A DNA stretch of 63,151 nucleotides, the filler included, from Octopus bimaculoides (taxonomy: Eukaryota): NCBI RefSeq assembly GCF_001194135.2. It is 5 parts of 5 records of this genome, joined end to end, with 100 filler letters (N's around TTAATTAATTAA, not from the genome) between each part and the next. Parts side by side here need not be neighbours in the genome. Positions count along the whole stretch, not along the records: positions 1 to 30,376 come from NC_068991.1; positions 30,477 to 47,657 come from NC_069004.1; 3 more parts are not named here. One strand, 5' to 3'. Below, in pieces: positions 22,564 to 33,999 of the stretch. Every line of letters starts with the position of its first letter. The first letter of the stretch is position 1. A model generated the notes under the pieces. It did not search any database. It had not been told where the DNA came from and saw only the letters and a list, made by a program, of their open reading frames with translations. The position numbers and the translations under genes are program-made.

Positions 22564-22698
22564 TAACGGTATTATGAATGTATTTAATGCGTATATTTCA
22601 GATAATTGTGCAATTGATAAAAAGGGAATTTCATTCCTTACGCAAAATTTTCCTGCGCAATTATCTGAAACGAACATATTAAATTCATAATGTCATTA
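22564..22698. repeat. Imperfect fold-back (MITE relic?)
   Basis: TTTCAGATAATTGTGCA (22596-22612) / TGCGCAATTATCTGAAA (22654-22670), plus outer ATTATGAAT/ATTCATAAT. Confidence 0.75.
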
Positions 22699-23310
22699 TA
22701 GGGCTTGGCTTCAGTACTATACATTATAAGATTCCACGTCAGTATAAGCTAGTCAGTCCTAAATCCATTAACGTCATTAATATTGATACTATGTGGGGCG
22801 TTCTGGTCGACTCGAGTCGGAAATTCTGGTAACGTACATATCTTCTAAGCGTAACGCAGATCATGTGTGTGTGCGTGTGTATGCCTGTGTGTGTGTGTGT
22901 ACCTGGGTGTGAGTGTGTGTGTGTGTGTGTGCGTATTACTTTTGACCGTTTACTTTTTCCAGTGATCAGACTGCGCCCATGCTGGTGCCCCGCCTTGAGA
23001 ACTTTAGTCGGACGAATCGAACCCAGTACCTCTTTTCTCTTCCTTTCTAAAGCCTGGTACTTATCGTATCGGCCTCTAATACCGAACCTCTAAGTCACGG
23101 AGACATAAACACACCAACGTCAGTTGTCAAGTAGTGGTGGGGAACAAAAGACACACACACGTACACATGTATGTATGTATGTATGTATATGTATGTATGT
23201 ATGTATGTATGTATNNNNNNNNNNNNNNNNNNNNNNNNNNNNNNNNNNNNNNNNNNNNNNNNNNNNNNNNNNNNNNNNNNNNNNTATATATACGTACATA
23301 TCTCTTTTTC

Positions 23311-23689
23311 TTTCTTTTACTTGTTTCAGTCATTTGACTGTGGCCATGCTGGAGCACCGCCTTTAGTCGAGCAAGTCGACCTCAGGACTTATTCTTTGTA
23401 AGCCTAGTACTTATTCTATCGGACTCTTTTGCCGAACCGCTAAGTTACGGGGACGTAAACACACCACCATCGGTTGTCAAGTGATGTTAAGGGGACAAAC
23501 ACAGACACACAAACATATACACACATACATATATTTATACATATATACGACAGGCTTCTTTCAGTTTTCGTCTACCAAATCCATTCACAAGGCTTTGGTC
23601 GGCCCGAGGCTATAGTAGAAGACACTTGCCCAAGGTGCTACGCAGTGGGACTGAAACCAGAACCATGTAGTTGGTAAGCAAGCTACTTA

Positions 23690-23695
<6 letters not shown>
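23311..23695 (-). mobile_element. SINE family B
   Basis: Near-complete copy. A second partial copy lies at 22940-23150. Confidence 0.85.
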
Positions 23696-23744
<49 letters not shown>

Positions 23745-24131
23745 CACAATATAGAACGTATACACACGATGTATGTTTTGCTAGTCTCTGTGTGTGTTTT
23801 GCTTTTTGGCATAAGAGAATATATTCTCATCAATGCGCCTAGTATTGAAACACCTGCGAGTCAGTCATATACAGGATAGATAACTCGCATCAGGTCTCAT
23901 TCAGAAGCAATGGACATCGATGTTTCGTTCTGGAACTACAAATTTGCACACTTGTTTTTAACATATCAGAGACGTGTCAATTCAGATGTTTATCTTTTGT
24001 CAAACAAGTGGGGAAGAGAAAACACAGGACATGTTCAAGATTATAATCTTTATTTTAAATGAATTCCTTTCTCAGACATTATTTCAGAATTTGATCGAAC
24101 CGCTTACGTCCTAGAAAGAGAAACAGTTCTA

Positions 24132-25052
24132 TTGGGTCATCCCAAAAATAATGCCGTTTTTTAAATACTTCTTTTATTTTTCAAAATTAACATAAACAAA
24201 TTTCTTTTTTAATCTAAAATATACTCTCCTTCATTTTCTACAATGCACTTCCATCTATCTGGTAGACTTGCAAGGATCCCCTTCCAAAATTCACTTGCTC
24301 GTGACGAAAAATACTCCTCCAGTACCGTTCTGATTTCGTCTACAGGATTCATATTTCTTCCGTCCAAATGATTTTGAAGACTGCAAAATAAATGATAATC
24401 AGATGGGGCAATGTCCAGTTAATATGGTGGGTCAGGCATCGTTTCCCATTCAAACAGCTCCAGCCTTTGGAATGTCATCCTCGCTGTATGTAGCCGAGCA
24501 TTATCCTGATGGAATAACACCTTTCGTCTTGAAACCAAAGATGTTAGTTTTTTCTTCTAGCGCTGACTTGAATGACTGGTTGGATGACTAAATCCAAACT
24601 TCTATGCTAGTTCCTCAACAGTTACGATGGGATTTTGTTTGACCAGGGTTTGCAGGACGTCCTCGTCGAGCTCTACAGATCTTCCAGGACGAGACTCGTC
24701 TTCAAGGCTGTAGTTTCCGGCTCGGAATTTTTGGAACCACCTTTGACACTCGCTTACGCTTATTGTCCGATCCCCATTGCATTAATATTCCTCGCACTTT
24801 CCGTTGCGTTGTTACCTTTATTGAACTCATAAAGCAAATTATTCCGAATATGCACCTTTGTCACTTCCATTATAGCTTTGAAAAAATAACTTTTAAAATC
24901 GAACTGCACTGTTCAAAACTTGCACTAAGAATAAGTACAAGGTAAAATTACTACCTGCTTTTATAGTAAGTTGATGCAGGTAGTTTATCCCGTCCCGCTC
25001 CGACTTTTGGCTCATGCAATTGAAAAACAACATTATTTATGGGATGAGCCAA
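24132..25052 (-). mobile_element. Mariner (Tc1/mariner) transposon, internally deleted
   Basis: TIRs TTGGGTCATCCCAAAAATAATG / CATTATTTATGGGATGAGCCAA, with TA on both sides (24130-24131, 25053-25054). Confidence 0.9.
24209..24870 (-). pseudogene. Mariner transposase pseudogene
   Basis: MEVTKVHIR...CQRWFQKFRAGNYSLEDESRPGR (HTH), a deletion, then LFHQDNARLH...PPY*LDIAPSDYHLF (degenerate YSPDLAPSD)...LPDRWKCIVENEGEYILD*. Contains stops and frameshifts. Confidence 0.9.
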
Positions 25053-25154
25053 TATTTCACAGGGAAACCACGCAATTCTGGTTCATTTCTTTCACCTAGA
25101 GTGATGATAGCTTGGGATGTAAGCGGCCCAGTAAATTTTCGAAAGAATGTCCAC

Positions 25155-25200
25155 TTTCTCGCGACTCGAGTTTCCCACAATTGCCTTCGTCAGGCGAAAA
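25155..25200 (-). ncRNA. Minimal type-I hammerhead ribozyme, stem II degenerate
   Basis: UUUUCGC-CUGACGA-AGGCAAUUGUGG-GAAA-CUCGAG-U-C-GCGAGAA. Stem I has 7 bp, stem III is palindromic ACUCGAGU, and the triplet is GUC. Confidence 0.65.
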
Positions 25201-25526
25201 TACATACTGACAGATATGCACAGATACAAACACTCCACCACACACACATACAAACATGCACGCACGCACATTAATGTATAGTCAAGATGCTAACTTCTCA
25301 AACGTTGTTGCCGGTTTGATCCGACTACTCAGTACCTTGAGCATGTGTCTTCATCCCATATTCTTATGTCAAACAAAATACTGGCCCGTCAGTTTCATAC
25401 ATGTGTTTGTGTGTGCGCTTCCGTGTGTGTGTGCGCGTGTGCATTCGTGCACGCGTATGTTTGTGTGTATGTGAAGCTCTAATTCATGCAGTAGTATTCA
25501 CAGGGAGAGAAAGAGAGATTACATGT

Positions 25527-25563
<37 letters not shown>

Positions 25564-25598
25564 GCTTATTTTCCTTCCTGTTACACTATACACACAAC

Positions 25599-25619
<21 letters not shown>

Positions 25620-25650
<31 letters not shown>

Positions 25651-26058
25651 TACAAACACACACATACATGCATGCATGCATACATGCATACATACATGCA
25701 TGCATGCATACATATATACATACATACATACATACGTGAATGCATACATACATACACGTACACATACATGCATAGATAAACATATACATACATACCTATG
25801 CATGCATATATGCATACATACATAAATACACATACATGCATACATATACATACATACATACATACATACATACACATACATGCATACACATACATACATG
25901 CATACATACATACATACATACACATACATGCATATATATATACACACATGCATGCATACATATATACATACATACATACATACATACATACGTGAATGCA
26001 TACATACATACACGTACACATACATGCATAGATAAACATATACATACATACCTATGCA
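25620..26058. repeat. Compound (CA)n/(TACA)n/(TGCA) block with a ~97-bp internal duplication
   Basis: Seen directly; about 25705-25802 is repeated at 25962-26058 next to a gap. Confidence 0.9.
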
Positions 26059-26890
26059 NNNNNNNNNNNNNNNNNNNNNNNNNNNNNNNNNNNNNNNNNN
26101 NNNNNNNNNNNNNNNNNNNNNNNNNNNNNNNNNNNNNNNNNNNNNNNNNNNNNNNNNNNNNNNNNNNNNNNNNNNNNNNNNNNNNNNNNNNNNNNNNNNN
26201 NNNNNNNNNNNNNNNNNNNNNNNNNNNNNNNNNNNNNNNNNNNNNNNNNNNNNNNNNNNNNNNNNNNNNNNNNNNNNNNNNNNNNNNNNNNNNNNNNNNN
26301 NNNNNNNNNNNNNNNNNNNNNNNNNNNNNNNNNNNNNNNNNNNNNNNNNNNNNNNNNNNNNNNNNNNNNNNNNNNNNNNNNNNNNNNNNNNNNNNNNNNN
26401 NNNNNNNNNNNNNNNNNNNNNNNNNNNNNNNNNNNNNNNNNNNNNNNNNNNNNNNNNNNNNNNNNNNNNNNNNNNNNNNNNNNNNNNNNNNNNNNNNNNN
26501 NNNNNNNNNNNNNNNNNNNNNNNNNNNNNNNNNNNNNNNNNNNNNNNNNNNNNNNNNNNNNNNNNNNNNNNNNNNNNNNNNNNNNNNNNNNNNNNNNNNN
26601 NNNNNNNNNNNNNNNNNNNNNNNNNNNNNNNNNNNNNNNNNNNNNNNNNNNNNNNNNNNNNNNNNNNNNNNNNNNNNNNNNNNNNNNNNNNNNNNNNNNN
26701 NNNNNNNNNNNNNNNNNNNNNNNNNNNNNNNNNNNNNNNNNNNNNNNNNNNNNNNNNNNNNNNNNNNNNNNNNNNNNNNNNNNNNNNNNNNNNNNNNNNN
26801 NNNNNNGCTGAGTTGCCGCTGTTGCTGATAATGTCACTACTACTGCTGCTACTAACACTACTGCATGTAAAGCTGCTGCTGTTGCTGTAG

Positions 26891-26930
<40 letters not shown>

Positions 26931-26942
26931 GAATTTAACTAT

Positions 26943-27148
26943 ATTTTCTACTATAGGTACAAGGCCTGAAATTTGGGGGAGGAGTATAGTCGATTAATCG
27001 ACCCCAGTACTAAACTGGTACTTAACTTATCGATCCCGAAAGGATGAAAGGCAAAGTCGACCTCGGTGGAATTTGAACTCAGAACGTAGCGGCAGACGAA
27101 ATGCCGCTATGCATTTCACCCGGCGTGCTAACGATTCTGCCAGCTCGC
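26943..27148 (-). mobile_element. Full-length SINE A
   Basis: Tail, central domain and head are all present. Confidence 0.85.
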
Positions 27149-27287
27149 CGTCTTACTTCTACTTTAACTATGGCGACGGTAATAGCAAGAGCGTCTCTAA
27201 GTGGTTGTCAGATCTGCTAGAAAAAAAGAGAAAAAAAAAAAGCCAAAGTTCTTTTTTGAAAACAACGAGTTGTCTTGTAATGAAAAT

Positions 27288-27447
27288 AGCCATGGCTGCG
27301 TGGTAAGAAGATTGCTTCCCAAACACATGGCTCTGTTTTCAGCCCCACTGCATGGCACCTTGTGGGAGTGTGTTCTGCTATAACCTGAGGCCGACCAAAA
27401 TCTTGTGAGTTGAGTTGGTAGACGGAAAATGAAAGAAGTTCGTCGTA
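27288..27447 (+). mobile_element. SINE B 5' half
   Basis: Head and core, ending at (TACA)n. Confidence 0.75.
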
Positions 27448-27519
27448 TATACATACATGTACACATACATACATACATACATGCATACATACATACATAC
27501 ATACATACATAAATGTGTA

Positions 27520-27566
<47 letters not shown>

Positions 27567-29173
27567 GTTTAGCCCTGAAAAAACTCAGGTAAAAGATTGA
27601 TCAAAATGAAAGAGAAAATTGGTAAATCGTTTGACTAGAATAAAATTGTTACTCAAAATGTGTAAGAAAAGTTATTGAAAAGAGATCGATATTTGAATAC
27701 TGATTGACAGATAAACTCTCGCATCTAATAAGAAGGGGTCAACACCTGTCATGAAATCCAGCATTGGAATATGCTAACGAGCCTTAGTCATGTTGACGAA
27801 GTTTTTTTGTGTTGTGAGCTCATAAGGAAGACCTTTTTCTTACATGACCTTTTCCCAAACATGGCTTCAGGCAACTATAGCGTAAGGGACTACAATGAAC
27901 AAAAAGTAAGGGGTTACTAATTTAAAAGATTTCGATTGCCAGAACACAACACACGTGACAAAAGAACCCGGTAGAATACATACAAGATTTAGAAAGAAGT
28001 ACAAAGGTCCGTTTGTTCGATGAAACCCTTCCAAAGCTTTGTCTCTGGACGGCTGCCGTCTAATATCTAAAACAAATGAAAAGATAAAAGGTAACGTATA
28101 AGGGATCACCAGCTTTGTTGGAGTAGGATTGAAATGACGCGTCACTTCATATGTCTCTGTTGTGTCGACGCCCCCAGGCGAAAAAGTAGGATCTCCCAAG
28201 ACGTGTAAATAGAGGTAGTTTGTCCGTGGTGGAGTGTTGAGTAGTGTTGAGTAGCAGTCGAGTAGCAGCTGTGTAGCGGTTGAGTAGAGATCATCCGAAG
28301 GTGCAAGATAGCAGTAGCGTTGAGACATAACAGTATCCTTTAGTAAATATCCCCATCACTACATTCCGTAATATCGCCACTACTGTAAGGATCTCTTCTC
28401 ATCGCAGCTGGTTGCCCTCTTGCCATCTTCACTCAAGAAATTCCAGCTTACTCATCTCTCCTTCTCTCATCACTCATGCCGTGTCCAGCACTCGAAACCC
28501 CACCCCAAACAGAGCACTAATTAGTATATCCGTTCCTTCAGTCACGGAACTTTCATTCTATGGAATTTCCCCCTTAGTTTAGTGAGAATGTGTACAGTCC
28601 TTGAGTTTGCTGCCTCCTCTTCACTCAAGGATATAAGCCCCTTGAGGTTTATACGGCAAACCCCAAAGTACCGACCTCATGAAAATGTGAGCCAGAGAGG
28701 ACTGTACTCCTCGCCCCTTCACCCCGTAGCTATACTACTGAATCCCCTTACTTCTCGTAAACTTGCAACAGCTTAAGTGAAACGTTAACGGTATCGATCT
28801 TCACATATGTAAGAGGGCCTATGAAGAGCATGATCAGGGGTCAATCTTCTAGACCAATTCTTCCAGGTAAAAAGAAAAAATAAAGTTACGGACATGTTTT
28901 GGTTCTGTTTTGGTCCAAATCAGCAAAACATTTTTATCAAGCCTGCTAAATATTTCTTCTCAGTTCAATAAGGATTTTATTTTCCATTTCACTCACTCTC
29001 TCTCTCTCTTTTTTTTTGTTTTTTTGTTTTTTTGTTTTTTTTTTGTTTTTGCTATGCTAAATGGTTAAGAGACGTGTGCTAGAAAAATCATGAAGAAACA
29101 AGACACGCTTCATTCACGATTTCCAGTCAAACGCTGTCAAAATACTGAATAATTTATGAATTCATGTGAGATA

Positions 29174-29955
29174 GGCGTAGGAGTGGCTGTGTGGTAAGTA
29201 GCTTGCTTACCAACCACATGGTTCCGGGTTCATTCCCACTGCGTAGCACCTTGGGCAAGTGTCTCGGGCCGACCAAAGCCTTGTGAGTGGATTTGGTAGA
29301 CGGAATCTGAAAGAAGCCTGTCGTATACATGTGTGTATANNNNNNNNNNNNNNNNNNNNNNNNNNNNNNNNNNNNNNNNNNNNNNNNNNNNNNNNNNNNN
29401 NNNNNNNNNNNNNNNNNNNNNNNNNNNNNNNNNNNNNNNNNNNNNNNNNNNNNNNNNNNNNNNNNNNNNNNNNNNNNNNNNNNNNNNNNNNNNNNNNNNN
29501 NNNNNNNNNNNNNNNNNNNNNNNNNNNNNNNNNNNNNNNNNNNNNNNNNNNNNNNNNNNNNNNNNNNNNNNNNNNNNNNNNNNNNNNNNNNNNNNNNNNN
29601 NNNNNNNNNNNNNNNNNNNNNNNNNNNNNNNNNNNNNNNNNNNNNNNNNNNNNNNNNNNNNNNNNNNNNNNNNNNNNNNNNNNNNNNNNNNNNNNNNNNN
29701 NNNNNNNNNNNNNNNNNNNNNNNNNNNNNNNNNNNNNNNNNNNNNNNNNNNNNNNNNNNNNNNNNNNNNNNCAACCGATGCTGGTGTGTTTACGTCCCCC
29801 CGTAACTTAGTGGTTCGGCAAAAGAGGACCGATAGAATAAGTACTAGGCTTACAAAGAATAAGTCTTGGGGTCGATTTGCTCGACTAAAGGCGGTGCTCC
29901 AGCATGGCCGCAGTCAAATGACTGAAACAAGTATAAGAGTAAAAGAGTAAAAGAG
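29174..29955 (+). mobile_element. SINE family B (gap at the internal microsatellite)
   Basis: Head and tail halves lie on either side of the N run. Confidence 0.85.
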
Positions 29956-30121
29956 ATACAACAATCTGACTTTTTATAACAAAAAGTTATTCATAAGCAA
30001 ATTAACTCTACGTCGCCTTCACGTTTCAGTCTGCTAGAGATGAACTATTACGACATCAATTAAAAAAGCGTGAATTGTCTCATGAACTCCTATTACTGAA
30101 TCTTCAGTATCAATCCAAGTT

Positions 30122-30366
30122 GTTGGCACTCCGTCGCTTACGACATCGAGGGTTCCAGTTGATCCGAACAACGGAATAGCCTGCTCGTCAAATTAACGTG
30201 CAAATGGCTGAGCACTCCACAGACACGTGTACCCTTAACGTAGTTATCGGGGATATTCAGCGAGACACAGATTATGACAAGGCTGGACCTTTGAATTACA
30301 GGCACAACAGAAACAGGAAGTAAGAGTGAGAGAAAGTTGTGGTGAAAGAGTACAGCAGGGTTCGCC
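30122..30366 (-). mobile_element. SINE C 3' part
   Basis: Reverse complement of 41625-41875. Confidence 0.8.
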
Positions 30367-30420
30367 CCCCCCCCCCNNNNNNNNNNNNNNNNNNNNNNNN
30401 NNNNNNNNNNNNNNNNNNNN

Positions 30421-30432
30421 TTAATTAATTAA
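30421..30432. other. Assembly placeholder: 44 N + TTAATTAATTAA + 44 N (also at 47702, 54522, 61913)
   Basis: Identical 100-base construct four times. The 12-mer gives stop codons in all six frames. Confidence 0.95.
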
Positions 30433-30746
30433 NNNNNNNNNNNNNNNNNNNNNNNNNNNNNNNNNNNNNNNNNNNNATATATATATTTATATATATACAT
30501 ATACACACACACACAGACTATACACTACTAAAGACCTGTTCACCTACTTCCCTTTAAGGCGTTATATGCTGTTTAAAGAAAATACTTTAGTGTGTCTTAA
30601 GGAGCAACACCTGACATTGTCAATACAATTAGTTATACAACCTCACAGCTTCCATCTTTTTTTCATCTTTTTCTCCTCTGTCTGCTACTCCTTCTTTTCA
30701 TTCGTCGTCTTCTTCGTACCCACCATTCTATTCTTTGACGTATTCG

Positions 30747-31640
30747 GTCTTCTTCTTCTTCTTCTTCTTCTTCTTCTTCTTCTTCTTCTTCTTCTTCTTC
30801 TTCTTCTTTTTCTTCTTCTTCTTCTTCTTCTTCTTCTTCTTCTTCTTCTACTTCTTCTTTTTCTTCTTCTTCCTAATCTTCCTCTCCNNNNNNNNNNNNN
30901 NNNNNNNNNNNNNNNNNNNNNNNNNNNNNNNNNNNNNNNNNNNNNNNNNNNNNNNNNNNNNNNNNNNNNNNNNNNNNNNNNNNNNNNNNNNNNNNNNNNN
31001 NNNNNNNNNNNNNNNNNNNNNNNNNNNNNNNNNNNNNNNNNNNNNNNNNNNNNNNNNNNNNNNNNNNNNNNNNNNNNNNNNNNNNNNNNNNNNNNNNNNN
31101 NNNNNNNNNNNNNNNNNNNNNNNCTCCTCCTTCTCTCCTTCTTCTTCCTCTCCTTCTTCTTCCTCCTCCTTCTCCTCCTCCTCCTCTCCTTTTTCCTTCT
31201 GCTCTCCTTCTTCTTCCTCTACCTTTTCTTCCACCCTTCCTCCTCCACCTCTTCATCATCATCGTCATCATCACCATCACCATATTCTTCTTCTCCCTCG
31301 TCCTCCGTCTCCTCCTCCTCCTCCTCCTCCTCCTCCTCCTCCACTTCTACCCCTTCTCCTCTTCTTCCTTCCCTTCCTTATCATCATCATCATCATCTTG
31401 ATCTTCTTCCTCCACCTTTTCCACCCCTCCTCCTCTTCCTCTTCCTCCTCCTTCTCATCATCATCATCATCATCATTATTTTCTTCTTCTTCACCTCCTC
31501 CTCAATCTCCCTCGTTGTCATCTTTGTTGTTATAATTCTCTTCCCATTTTTCATCTTTTTTCTTTTTCTTCTTCATTTTCTTCTCTTTAATTTTCTTTTC
31601 TTTCTCTTTCTTCTTCTTCCTCTTCCTCTCCCCTTTAGTC
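30747..31640. repeat. (TTC)n/(CTC)n/(ATC)n pyrimidine-rich low-complexity tract
   Basis: Seen directly. Confidence 0.95.
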
Positions 31641-31744
31641 ATTTTTTGCCCTCTTTATTACCTTTGTCTTCAACCTCATTTTCTTTCACCCATCTTGAAT
31701 GAACGCAATGTGGCACAAGGACGACAGTGAAAAGGTGTTTCACT

Positions 31745-32060
31745 GCAGTCGGTGTATCGTGACAGAGTTCGTTGCTAGATCCGCAAAGCCCACCCTAACT
31801 TCCATTAGATTTAGCGAAGATGGCAGAATAGTAATTCTAGAACTGAAGATGGAATTAGAAAGTTGTTCCTCATGGATGTATCACCAACGGATATAAGGGA
31901 CTACTTAAGAGAAATGGACCACTTTTTACTGAATAGCTAAGAAAAATAGTGAGCGCATATTGGAGCGGTTGCGGCCAGATCTGATTAGATGTGGATAATG
32001 GAAATGGATCAAAGATGTTTTGCTATTTGGGTTGAAAGAACGTGAAATTCCTTGGTTGGA
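31745..32060 (+). mobile_element. Possible L1/Tx1-type APE endonuclease fragment
   Basis: FSEDGRIVILELK then, after a frameshift, LFLMDVSPTDIRDYLREMDHFL. This resembles the GRLVVLDV...VYAP...FF.....FL segment of APE domains but is heavily decayed. Confidence 0.45.
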
Positions 32061-32189
32061 TTAATGCCGATTGACATTCTGGGAGAAGGAGTTAGTATTG
32101 AAGACATTTTGAACTCCAATTAACAGCTGATAAAAGAAGTGTCGAGCAGTGCAAGCTAGATTTAACACACACAAGCACACACAAAAGCG

Positions 32190-32743
32190 CAGGTAAGGCT
32201 ATATTGAAAGAAGTTTGCTTCCCAACCACATGGTACCGGATTCTGTCCCACTGCGTGGGTGGCAACTTAGGCAAGTGTCTTCCACTATATCCTCGGGCCG
32301 ATCAAAGCCTTGTGAGGGGATTAAATAGACGGAAACTGAAAGAAACCTGCCATATATATATATATATATATANNNNNNNNNNNNNNNNNNNNNNNNNNNN
32401 NNNNNNNNNNNNNNNNNNNNNNNNNNNNNNNNNNNNNNNNNNNNNNNNNNNNNNNNNNNNNNNNNNNNNNNNNNNNNNNNNNNNNNNNNNNNNNNNNNNN
32501 NNNNNNNNNNNNNTATATATATAGGGGGGGTGCTTGCGGTTGTACTCATCCAGCACTTGACAACCAGTGTCGGTGTGTTTACGTCCACCATAACCTAGCG
32601 GTACGGCCAGAAATGCCGATAGAATAAGTAGCAAGCTTATAAGAATAATAGGTACTGGAGTCAATACGTCCGACTAAATTTCATCCCTGCAGTGCTCCAG
32701 CATGGCCACAGCCTAATGAGTGAAAGAAATGAGAGGTATAAGA

Positions 32744-32826
<83 letters not shown>

Positions 32827-33135
32827 ATATATATGTACCTTGAGCAAGTGTCTTCCTCTGTAGCCTTGGGTCGACCAACGCCTTGTGAGTGTATTTGGAA
32901 GATAGAAACTGAACGAAACCCGTCGTATGTGTGTGTCTGTGTTTGTCCCCCACCATCACTTGACAACCGATACTGGTGTGTTTACGTCCCGTCATCTAGC
33001 GGTTCGGCAAAAGAGACCGATTGAATAAGTACTAGGCTTACAAAGAATAAGTCCTGGGGTCGATTTGATTCGACTAAAGTCGGTGCTCCAGCATGGCCGC
33101 AATCAAATGACTGAAACCAGTAAGAGAATAAAAGA
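32190..33135 (+). mobile_element. Two tandem SINE B copies (32190-32730, 32838-33135)
   Basis: B core and tail motifs occur twice. Confidence 0.8.
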
Positions 33136-33999
33136 ATGTAGATGTACACACACACACACACACTGAGGGAGAGAGAGGCGGAGAGAGAGAAAGAGAAAGA
33201 GAGAGGGAGGGAGAGAGATAGTAAGAGAAAGAGAAAGAGAGCGAAAGAGAAAGAGAGAGGGGGAGAGAGGGAGGGAGAGAGATAGTAAGAGAGAGAAGGA
33301 GAGTGAGAGAGTGGCTTGTGTGTTTACACTGAATACCAATATTCAACGATTTTGAATCTGATTTTGTTTCGTTTGTAACATATAATTATATTTACCTGTC
33401 ATGTAAGGTGACCGTTTGTTTTTCTTTATTTTTTTTAAGGGGATTAATCAAGACCAGCGATAACAATAACACGATCATGAACAACAACAACACGATCACC
33501 ACCAAGAATAACAACAAGGTTAACGACAAATATAAACAAGGTAACGAATAAGTTGAACAGCAGAGACACGTCTATAGATTGTTCGGTGTTAAGAATTGCT
33601 GTGAGCCATCAGAAGTATATGAACGAGGCATTCTTCGGATCACGCTCGACATATGGACGAAAGCAAACAGGTAAATAAAACCAGGACAAACATTAAAGTT
33701 ATCCTGGTCATCATTGTGTTAGTGGAGATTAGGGAAGAGGAGAGGAAAATGTGTTACTACTTTCTAGTGGCGGTGGCTGTTGTGGTGGTGGTAGTGGTGG
33801 TGATGGTGGTGGTGGATTTTTAGTGGATGTAAAAAAACATCAGTGGATTAGGCTATTTAGTAGCAGCTCTTTAGAGTCTAAGTTCAAATCCTGGTGAATT
33901 CTCGAATTGCTTATCGTAATATCCAAGGGCCGTTTAAAAATAAAACAAGCACAGGCAAGGGAAGAAGCGGGCAGGATAGTTTAGGCATAATTCCTAATG

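Noticed and set aside
23880-23950. GAAAC-ATCGAT-GTC palindrome near CCTGATGC on the minus strand
   Set aside because: Stem III looks right, but CUGANGA is imperfect and separated from stem I by extra bases, so no valid junction forms.
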